A program made the position numbers and the translations under genes. This document shows positions 11,968-22,149 of a stretch of DNA of 64,000 bases, piece by piece. This DNA comes from Thalia democratica (Eukaryota): positions 12,772,001-12,836,000 of the forward strand of contig OZ241833.1 in the NCBI GenBank assembly GCA_965202585.1, read 5' to 3'. The notes beneath the pieces were generated by a model. The model was not told the origin of the DNA and ran no database searches. It saw only the letters and a list, made by a program, of their open reading frames with translations. Each line of letters starts with the position of its first letter. The stretch's first letter is position 1.

Positions 11968-12770
11968 ATTTTTAAAATCGTCATTTCAATAAATTATATA
12001 TATATATATATATTGCGTTTGATTCTACTAGTTTTTAATTATCATTAGGGAGCTCCTGTAACAGTCGTATAATACCGCATAAAGTAATATTTAAAAAATA
12101 GTAATAAGAGTTCTTGTAAAGCAATCAGCTCTGGGTACTGTTGTAATGAAATTACTCCTTTTGCATGTATTCCATTATGTGAAGATTGAATTATTTAAAA
12201 CAATTCAATCGGAACGCATCTCTAATGCAACTTTAAATTAGTTGCACAGGAAATTTACGTAGATAACGTAACAAGTAGAGTAACAATAAATACTGCTTGA
12301 CGCAACATTTTATATGTAACGGAGAACTATATTAATATATTTTAAATTTGAGTTGAGCATTCAAGTCAACACTTCCTGCATATCCTATTATACTGTTTCA
12401 GTTCTTAAACATTTTATTGTTTTCTTTCTTTAAATCAAGTTCATTTTAGTTAGAAAATATTTATTGGCTATGAACCTTTTTGATTTAAGTCCAAATGCTT
12501 ATAATTTTTAACTCACTGTATAGACTTCTTAAACTTGTTTTTAACTAATGTTTAATTTGTTTGTTAAATTTTTGATTTAATAAAAGTTCTAAATAAAGTA
12601 TAATTTGTATATTTAAAGCAAACTATAAAAAAATTTTTGTGTTTAGTTCTTTTTAATAAAGAAACACTTATTCACTTGATGTGTCTAGCTTTAATAATTT
12701 GGTAATATTAGACTCATAACTAACTATGAGTAATAGTTTAAGTCATAAAGATAATGTATTTGTTCTTCAG

Positions 12771-13138
12771 ACCGTAAATAGACACGCCCTAGGGCGTAGA
12801 GTGACAGACCATCTGCAGAAAAAGCGTATAGAAGTAGGTCTGGGAGACAGTCTGGCCCCAGATATTCTACGAGAACAAACTAGACCTTTGGATATTGAGC
12901 CACCAACACTGTCAAAAAATTGAAGACACAACTAAATTATCACAACTCTTCTTCTGAGGCGTCGTCTGCTTCAACGAAAGATTATGGTTAGTAGAAGAGA
13001 CTACTTCTGACTGATTAGTTTTAATAAGAACGTAATCAGATCCTAATCTATCGCGTGAACTGTTGTTGATGTATACGCGGTTCGGTTTAGTGCCAATTAC
13101 AGTAGATAAGATACGCACTTTAAGTGGTATGCACCTGC
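12771..13138 (+). other. GC-richer exon-like segment of unknown gene
   Basis: Acceptor TTGTTCTTCAG before 12771 and donor GTAAGT after 13138, but no single open frame across it. Confidence 0.25.
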
Positions 13139-13633
13139 GTAAGTTACGTTTTAGAAATAAAAAAATGAGTGGAACCAAATATATTAAAAAAAAATCGAGT
13201 AAATTCATATGACGCTTTTTGTCGAAAGAATAATACGCTTTTTGTGTGACTTTTTACGGTATTACTTCGTTTATTCTGTTTATACCTGCAATTTTCTTCG
13301 TTTTTTCCATTAAAACTTTCAGAAGTATTAATTTAGCTGAATGTTTAGTGTGTACTTGATTGCAAACAACTTTTACTTTTCTTACATGTGACTTCTTTGC
13401 TTATTTGTTTTAATTCTTAAAGAGTCCTTTTTATATAAATGTATTCATAAATTAAATTTATTTTATAATAAGCTACTAAAATGATTAAATGATAAACAAC
13501 AAAATAAAATAATAGTTTTTACAAATATTATCAGATTAGTTACTTTGATTAAGATTCTAGAATAAGCTGGAATAGATCGTACATTTACTAAAAATAAGTA
13601 GATATTACTAAATAATTTCTTTTCGGTACTAAA

Positions 13634-13826
13634 TTTATATAAAAATTTGAGACAACAATTCATTTTGCAGTATATTTTATTTTTTGTTAACTAAAAATTT
13701 TTCAATCTACCCTTTTCAATAGTTTTTGTAACAAAAACTATTGAAAAGGGTAGATTGAAAAATTTTTAGTTAACAAAAAATAAAATATACTGCAAAATGA
13801 ATTGTTGTCTCAAATTTTTATATAAA
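13634..13826. repeat. Perfect palindrome, 96-bp arms, 1-nt spacer
   Basis: 13634-13729 is the exact reverse complement of 13731-13826. Confidence 0.95.
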
Positions 13827-14195
13827 GTAGATATTAGTTATTAAATTAGTAGATGATTTTTTGTATTGAAACAGTAAAGTACGCATTTCACGTAAGATAA
13901 GCACTACATATTGGGTAGTTTTAAGGTGCGTACGTTGTTCAAGTCCCTACTGTATATAAATATGAAAAAAGTTTAATATACGCTGAAAACCATTAATTTT
14001 CAGCCTATAAGTTTGAGCTACTTAGAAACGGAAAACTAAAAGTTCTGAAAAGCATTATGACTTAATGACGTATATAATTTAAAATAATAATAATATAAAT
14101 TGTTAAAAATTTAATTTTATAACTATTTAGTTTTATATGTTTGTATTCAATGTCAATTTTTTTTTGTTTATATAAATGTATTTTTAAAAACTGAA

Positions 14196-14257
14196 ATGAG
14201 TACTCAAAACTTTAAAATCTGTAAAAGTTTGATTTCAATTCAAGGAGAAAAGAAAAG
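14196..14257 (+). CDS. Exon 1 of ~936-aa low-complexity basic protein gene
   Basis: ATG, MSTQNFKICKSLISIQGEKK, phase-2 donor AG|GTTAGT matching the exon 2 acceptor. Confidence 0.55.
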
Positions 14258-14817
14258 GTTAGTTTTAACAAATAAGAAATTAACTTAAAACAGTAAAAAA
14301 AACGTTTATAATAGTTACTGGCAATAAATGTTTCTTAATAAAACTAAATTCCATACAATATCAAAATTTATAAATAAGTAGAGAGTACAATAGCAGCTTT
14401 ATTTGATATTTTTTTTAACTTGTACAAAAGTTTTGGTTTATATTGAAAGAGTGGTATTAAAAATCATTTTAAAGTTATTCCGTTATATTTTGTATCAGGT
14501 ATAAAGTAATAAAGCCTTAAATCCTAGAGATTCAAACAAGCAATGCCCCTCGGAAAGTTATAAGTCTAAAAAAGTTTTTGGCTACAAAAATAGCTGCTTT
14601 CTTTAGTCATGTTTAAATGTTTTTTTATGAAATTATTATTTGTAAGAGCAAGTATGTTTTAATTAAAACTACTATACTAGATTTGTTAAAATATAATGGT
14701 TTAGTAAGGTATTAAAATGATGTATTATCATTACAAAAAGAGACTTATTTAACTAAATGTAGAACTTTTTCTATACACAATCTTAAAATTTTACTGCAAT
14801 AACACTTTTTATATGCT

Positions 14818-15746
14818 ATAGTTACAAAAAATCAAATGATGGTTTAAAAAATCTACGAGTTTAGTACAAAAGTACTTGTTTAGTTCAAAACGTTTTCAGA
14901 CAACAGTCCGTCTTCAGTGAACTTATGTTAAACTAAAAGCACTGAAACACATTCATGCAACTAAGTGAATAAAAGTGTAAAATATATTATTACGTAGTAA
15001 TTCAAAACTGTGTATAACACTAAATTTGTAAAAACCAAAATATTTTTTAAATTATAATGATATTTTGTATGTAAAAGTAAATCCAAATAAAATGAATATA
15101 AAAACAAACACTTTTGCGATATAAACTTTAAATCAAAATCTACCTTAGTAAGGAACTGTTTGATGTAAGTTATTGTCAATAAATATTGTCTGCTATCGGT
15201 GAAATTAAGAAAAAAAACTTTTCTCAAACACTACTTAAAGTAATTACAAAAACCTATATTAATAAAAAACTGTATCTTACAAATTTCTTATCTTAAAGAA
15301 ATAGTATTATCGATGAATAAAAATAACTTTTTTGAAACAAAATCTAAGTAAAAAAAAATTAATTCACTGATAACAGTAACTATTTATCAAAAATAACTTA
15401 CACCAAACAGTTCCTTATTAAGATAGTTTTTGATTTAAAGTTTATACCGGGAAAGTGTTTGTTTTTATATTCATTTCATTCGGATTTACTTTTACATATA
15501 AAAAATCATTATAATGTAAAAAATCTTCTAGCTTTTAAACATTTAGTGTTATACACAGTTTTGAGTTACTACGTTATATTATATTTTTTTCACTTTTATT
15601 TACTTAGTTGCATGAATGTGCTTCAGTTTATTTAGTTTAACATAAGTTAACTGAAAACTGACTGTTGTCTAAAAGCGTTTTGAACTAAACTTGTATGCAT
15701 TAAACTTGTAGATTTTTCAAACCATCGTTTGAATTTTTGTAACTAT
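14818..15746. mobile_element. Foldback/MITE-like element with ~400-bp imperfect inverted arms (intron 1)
   Basis: ~14818-15215 is the reverse complement of ~15350-15746, e.g. AAAACTGTGTATAACACTAAAT / ATTTAGTGTTATACACAGTTTT. Confidence 0.8.
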
Positions 15747-16369
15747 TGAAGCATGGGGAAAAATTACAAGTAATAAATTGACTGTGTCCTGGACTGATTT
15801 TTAAATTTTATATAAATCTTGTTTCATATGCTATAGCTATGTTAAATTAAAGTTTCCATTTTATTTATTGTGTGTACAATTAAAATAAGGTACACTTTAA
15901 GATAAAATTAATTCCAACCATATACTTCAATATTTAACCTTAACCAAAAATTAAATTCAAGCATAAAAAGTAGCTGTGATATCTAATTTAAAAAAAAAAA
16001 AGTAAAACGCATATTAACTATTTCCGAGTAAGCTACTTATTTTACTATAAAAGCAATAAAGTTCTGTTTTTATACCAATATATTTTTAAAGCTACGTTCT
16101 TAAACTAAAAAATTACTTAAGGTAATTCTTTGTTAATGATGTCTTGTAGTTTCATTCTTCAGTAAAATTAGAGGCATAGTTTTATTTAAGAAATATTAGT
16201 AAGGTTCAAATCAGCACCTTATTTAACTTTATAACAACTTTCTACTTATCAGTTTATTTTCAAATTGTAGTAAGTTATACTAACTTATAGTAATTTATAA
16301 AGTTGAACAAATTAAAAATTTCCTACTACAATTTATTTTTTCTTATAAACTCAACTATTTTTCTGTTAG

Positions 16370-16452
16370 GGTATTACTCCCTTCTAAAGGAAACTTTGAT
16401 GAGTATGATGAAGAAGGGGAAATAATTAAAGAAGTTAGTATCGGCGGAAAAG
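16370..16452 (+). CDS. Exon 2 of ~936-aa protein gene
   Basis: Acceptor TTTTCTGTTAG; VLLPSKGNFDEYDEEGEIIKEVSIGGK; phase-1 donor AAG|GTAGGG joining to 17945. Confidence 0.7.
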
Positions 16453-17404
16453 GTAGGGTAAATATGGAAAAGACTAAAAGTTGTTTTTTAAATAACGTGG
16501 CAATTTACATCAAGTATTACTTCAGTAATTTCTATATAATTCAAAAAAAAATCAAGCAGTAGCAGGCTAAGCATAAAACTGTTAAAAAGTGTTTTGATAG
16601 CGGATTTGTAATCCAGCTTGGCCTGGAGGTAGAAGCTACTGTTAATTATTAGAATAGTAACGTTAATACCACTACTTGTTAAAGGAGATACCATTTTATT
16701 GATATTTGTAGGTAGATTATTATATCTTAGTATAAAGGTATATTTTAAACTAGGTATTAACTTGCCATGACCTAAGTTATTCCGACACATTAGATTTAGT
16801 TACAAAAGATTAAGACAAAATAATCTTATTAATCAAGTAAGTTAGTGAGAAAGTACAATTCAACTATGTTTTATTGCCAATAATATTAACAAAATAATAA
16901 ATAAAAATCACCATACTATAGACATATGTAAACTAAAACACAGTTTAAAAACAAAATATGATGTGCTTTGTGCACAAGTTGACGGATAACAGGGCGCGTA
17001 CAGCGAAAAAGTTAAAGACTAATAAGCTAAAAGTTTAATAAGACAAATGAGCTAAAACATTACATTGTTTAATTTTGTTTTGATAAATAATCTTATAGCG
17101 CCCATGGCGGTTATTTAAAAACCAGCAAAATGTGTGTTTGTTTTGTTACAGATTAAGCTTTAGACAAACTTAATTTTAATCTAATATTTTGAAGCTTTAT
17201 ACATTTATAAAATTAACTTAAAAAAAATTTTCTAATAAGGAAATAAAACTGCATAAATACTTCACACAAAACACAAGGGTCAGAAAACTGTAGATCGCGG
17301 GCCGAATGCGTCCCTAAAAGCAAAAACCTACGGTTTACAATAAACTTTTCAGCTAAAAACATACTTAATTTAAAAGAATGGTTGATAACTGACTAAACTA
17401 TGAC

Positions 17405-17582
17405 TAAAAGTTTTTCGGTTGTGACTGACTGATGAGTCCTAATAAGGACGAAACCGGTCTCAGTCTACCGAAACTTGTGGTCTGATGATCGAATTGGCAT
17501 GATCAACCCTTTTGTTAAACTTGAGCTTGTCTCACGGCAAACGAAAGTCCGGACTTCTGTTCTGCAGACTTTCGCCGATGTT
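17405..17582 (+). mobile_element. ~180-200-nt hammerhead-containing short element, copy 1
   Basis: Shares sequence with 34750-34872 (+), 54301-54480 (-) and 54790-54897 (+). Confidence 0.8.
17423..17465 (+). ncRNA. Minimal type I hammerhead ribozyme
   Basis: GACTGA-CTGATGA-GTCC-TAATAA-GGAC-GAAA-CCGGT-C-TCAGTC. 6-bp stem I, 4-bp stem II, palindromic stem III ACCGGT, GUC cleavage triplet. Confidence 0.9.
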
Positions 17583-17944
17583 TTTTGTTAGTTTAAAAGA
17601 ATTAAAAATTTTGCATAAAAACATACAATTAGGATCTCAACTTAACAATTACATAACTATTGCTTTGTTATTGTTATTTTCATATTGTTAGTTTAAAATA
17701 GTGTTTACTATTGATTACTATAGGTGGTTTAAGTAATTGCGTCCATTAGAAGACTATTTTCTGTAAAGTAGGACCCACGAGCAATTTATTTGGGGGAAAT
17801 TGTTCTTTTGCTTATAAAAGCTGCTGACCCATGTACTAATACATTTAAAACTTATGAAATACTAAATATATGAAACTCAAAAGTTTTTTATTAGTTTACA
17901 AATGCATTTGTAAAGAGTTTGCTTTAAATCGTAATATTGTACAG

Positions 17945-20610
17945 ATGGAACAAGATCGGAATCAAAAAAATCAAATAAAGGCTCGAAAAAAATAGATCCA
18001 TGTGTAGAGTTTGCAAGAAGTGGGCTTACTAAAAGGGAGTTTGAACGAAGAAAAAAAGGCGAGAACGCAGGACCGAGTTGTCAGAATCGTGGTCGAACGG
18101 AAACAAAGCAGGCTTGTACTTCAAAAGATAACAGAAGTAAAAGCTGCAAAAGTCAAAAGTCTACAAAAAGTGTCAAAAGCAGCAAGAATCAGAATTCTAA
18201 CATACCTGTTAAAAGCAATAAAAATCAAAACAAAAGGAATACTAGAAATAGTGAGAAATCGAGTTGTCATAATCGGGGTCGGTCTACGACAAGGCAAGTT
18301 AGTAAATTAAAAGACGATAGAAGCAACAGCTGTAGAAGTCAAAAGACTATAAAAAGTAACAAAAGTTGTAACAGTCAAAAAGAAAAAAAAAACACTTGCA
18401 GTTCAAAAAACAGCCAAAAAATAACAAAAAGTAAAAATTCAAAAAAAGGGGAAAACAATGCTAACAATTTAAACAACTCCAAAAGTATTATAAAAAATCT
18501 TGAAGCAAATTGTACACCTTCAGTATTTAACTCAAGTAGTGCTGAGTTCGAAATTGATAAAAATAATTCTTCTCAGTCGAAAACACACAATACATTTTTA
18601 GACTTTTTAAAAGTTAAACCTTCAACTTCAACAAGTAGTCAGTTTAAAACTAAATCTTCAACATTGATGGAACTAAAAAAACCTACTTATATACCTATTT
18701 CTAAAGACCCGAACAATGAAAATAAAAAAAGCAAGCTTTCAAGCACGTTTCTAAATTTATTCAAAGTGAAATCATCGAGATCGGTTAAAGTAGTCCATCA
18801 AAGTTGTTCTAAGAACCAAAAGTTTTTAACAGCTGACAATGTTGTACCTTTAAAAGATTCTTCTTCTCAAACGAGAGAATCAAACAATTTTATCAAACTT
18901 TTTAAAGTAAAGTCTTCAAACTCTGTTAAAATGCACGAAAATATATCTGAACAAAATAAAATTTGTTCAAATGGTCAACTGAATAAAACGCCTCAAAGCA
19001 GTCTATCTAATTCTAATATAGCAAATACCTTTTTAAACTTTTTTAAAGTTCAGTCCTCCAAGTCAAAAGACTCTATACTACATTCTCAAAACAACGTTCA
19101 ACCATTGGTAAATGTCCAACTTACTAATAAAAAAAGTGATAGAAGTGTATCTTCAAAAAGAAAACCAGACATTTGCGTTGAGTATTCTAGCAGTAATTTA
19201 TCAAAAAGGAAATTTGATGCACTTCAAAAACAACAGGCTCAACAAGATGCTCTATCGTATGAAAAAATTGGAAACAAAGTTGCTTGTGTAAGCAGAAGTG
19301 AACTTAGTGTTAAGCAACATCAAAACAAGCAAAAGAAGAAAAGAGAAGATGAATCATCCGCCTATGACATATGGAACATTTTTACTCGTCTAGCAACTTC
19401 TAGCAAGTCTGAAATTAAGAACAACTCTATAAAAAAACAAAACAAAAAGATGATAGAAACAGGAAAATCTGTAGATGATAATACAATACTTACAAAAAAA
19501 GCAAAAAGTGATCGATCCTACTCAAAACAATGTAAAAATAATGCTTCAAACTTGATTATCAAAACACCAAAAGTGAAAACTTCTAAATCAACTCTTACTA
19601 AAAAAACTAAGTCTAGAACTTCATGTTTAACAATCAACAGTCGCACGACGATTTTAAAAAATAAATCTGCACTATCTACCACTAAAACAGAACAAAATGA
19701 TAATAACTGTACAACAGATAAAGAAGAGCATAAACAGTCATATGGTGAAAAATTACAAAGATTAATTTCAAGCATTACTATTAAAATACCTAATGATAAT
19801 AGTGCAAAACTTAACGAAAATACATGTATAAAAACTAAAAAAACAAGTTCAACAAACAACAGCTGTAGAACAATAAAAAGACCACAACTGTCTTGCAAAC
19901 AAAAAAATGAAACAAAAAATGAAGAGAAAAATAAAAATAAGTCGAAAACATCTGTAGTTGATAATATATGCACAACAAGTAAGGTAGAAAAAAGAAGTCC
20001 TTCTAATAAAAACACTCAAAAAACAGTTTCTAACCTAACTCTTATGATATCATGTGAAAAACTGACCAGTCCTTCTGTAAAAAAAGAAATAACAACTAAC
20101 AGTTGCAGAACAAAAGTATCAAACTCAAAAACTAACAGTTGCAAAAAACAACAAATATCAGAACAGTCTTGCCTAAAACCAAAGAAAACAAACAACGATG
20201 ATATGCAGAAATTTACCTCATGTATAAAAAAAGAGGAACCAAACTGTACCCTATCAAAGCCATCACCAGTTATTATTTGTTCTTCTAATACTATTGTTTC
20301 ACCATTTATAGCTTTTTCTCCTCCTATAAAAAGTTTAGAAAACTGTGTGCCAACGTTAAAAGTAAAAGAAGATTCGAGTAACGTAAAATGTGAGAGAAAA
20401 CCTTCAAAGCAATCGTGTATGTCAGAAGCTAGTAAATACTATACAGCGGTACAATGTCCAACTAACTTATTTATCAAACTAAAAAACTGCATGAGTGATT
20501 TAAGCTCAGTTAAATGCAATCCAAACAGGAAATGCAAAGATAAAAATAAAACCAAAGAAAAAGAAGATGATGAAAGCGAATGTCCTTTTGTTTTTACACT
20601 AGGCCCATAA
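17945..20610 (+). CDS. Exon 3 (terminal, 2666 nt) of ~936-aa K/S/T/N/C-rich uncharacterised protein
   Basis: Frame is open from acceptor TGTACAG|AT (17945) through the listed 18664-20610 ORF to TAA. Total CDS 62+83+2666=2811 nt. AATAAA near 20753. Confidence 0.85.
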
Positions 20611-22080
20611 AGCTTTGTTTATACCTTTGCCTACTTTCGTCAAACTAATTATTAACAAAAAAACTAATTTTTATTTTTAAAAGAGCCCCAACTTTTACTT
20701 TCAAATATTAAAAACAATTTGATTTGTTTATGTACTTAATGGTAATTGAATCAATAAATGTCTAAAAGTTAACTAATTGTCTTCTTATTTACACAACTGA
20801 AAAACATAACATCCTAGACTTATTATTGAAGCAAAAATAAAAACTAACTTAACAATGGTAAACACGTTTTAAACTTGTATTAAAGCAACGAGTATTATTT
20901 TATTTATGTTTTAGAAATAAATATGCGCTGCTATTAGCTAGTTGCAATACTTCAGCTATCTTCAGCAAAATTGTACTATATTTTTCGCGATTATGTTTGC
21001 CAGATGGGTTCTAATTAGAACATAGCCGTCTCTGATTCTTTTTTTTTGATGGTCGTGTATTGAAGTCTAGTGCTTATTTTTATTATTAGCCTTTATTTAA
21101 ATGTTTATACTCTACTTTTATAGTGCCGTTATTCGTTCAAGTATATACTTACAGGTGTTTTTATTTTTGAAATCCGAAGCATAGCTGAGAAGATTTTTAC
21201 TAAATTCATATTTTTAACTTTGAAAAATAACAAGTTTCTATTTTATATTTTTTCTAGTTGTTTTTAATTTTTTGATTAAAATAAGTTTTTAAATTTTTTC
21301 GTTCTTTTCTACAAAAAAAATTCTAAAAATTACTTAGAGTTTTTCCTCTAATAAATACATAAATCCTAAATAACTGTTCAAAATATAAATTTAATTGTTT
21401 GTTAACATAAGTGTTGTTTTACTTTTTATTTACAATAGATTACATATAACTTTTTAAAATTAAAGCGCTCTGCTACTTTTTCTAAACATAAGTAATATAT
21501 CATCTAACTGTGTAGTTTAAAACAACTAGCTAGTCCTAATGTTCATATATATCGTGACGTAATTATTAGATACATTTTTTTCAATGATTAGTAACCAGTA
21601 AATATTTAGTAGTTCCTTCATTTTGATGGAAGTAGTTTATATTATTATTTGTATCTTATTTTGTATTTTACTTTAATTTATTTAATTTAAACTTGATAAT
21701 TAAAAATATTATATTGTTTTATAACAGTCGGATTTAACATTAAGTACTTTATTTATTATTAACCTATAAAATATATAGCAATTATTTTTATGTTTAGTGG
21801 ACACATGTATATACCTACTTTAGCTTCTATTCTTTCCTTACAGTATATATTTTTTACAGAGCTCAGTTGAAGTGTGTTGACTTGTTTAACACACAGAAAC
21901 ATATGTCAGTTTAATAAAAGAAGGACACTGTATAATTTGTTTTTTTAAATCACAAGTATTCGTTTAAAATTTTTGTGTAAACCAAAGTATTACAGTTTGA
22001 TAAAATCGTTTTCACACTAGTTTTGTTTTAAAACTTTTATAATTTCTAAGGTTTAGCACTTTCTTACTACCCTTTCTTAC

Positions 22081-22149
22081 CCTCCTCAATAAGTTGTAGA
22101 CTGGCTTGAACCATGAATTCATTTCTTAAAGAAGTTAAAAGTTTCTGCA
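22081..22149 (-). CDS. Candidate isolated phase 1-1 exon (xQKLLTSLRNEFMVQASLQLIEE)
   Basis: Acceptor TTTAACAG, donor GTAAGA, open frame; partner exons not found. Confidence 0.3.

Larger units (their letters stand above)
10841..11997 (-). mobile_element. Second 5'-truncated Penelope-like element (linker + GIY-YIG) with inverted pseudo-LTRs, flanked by (TA)n
   Basis: RNIIWYNPPF...RISYSCMAN...QCNC...IIYKATV...FYIGL...RYANHKKSF...VCRLCLKE...CRH to stop at 11169, with one frameshift. Inverted arms 10899-11043 and 11853-11997. (TA)n at 10820-10840 and 11995-12012. Confidence 0.9.

Noticed and set aside
16500-16800. YNNLPTNI resembling a CR1/L2 C-terminus
   Set aside because: Single weak motif, no RT nearby.
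17482-17570. Second hammerhead or HDV-like ribozyme using CTGATGA...GAAAGTC
   Set aside because: Stem I and the stem II closing pair do not form, and the candidate P1 pairing is not kept in the other copies.
18011-18310. 99-aa + strand ORF
   Set aside because: Alternative frame overlapping the true exon 3 frame, which is open from 17945.
19518-20015. 165-aa minus-strand ORF
   Set aside because: Antisense shadow of the K/T-rich exon (poly-F/L/V composition).
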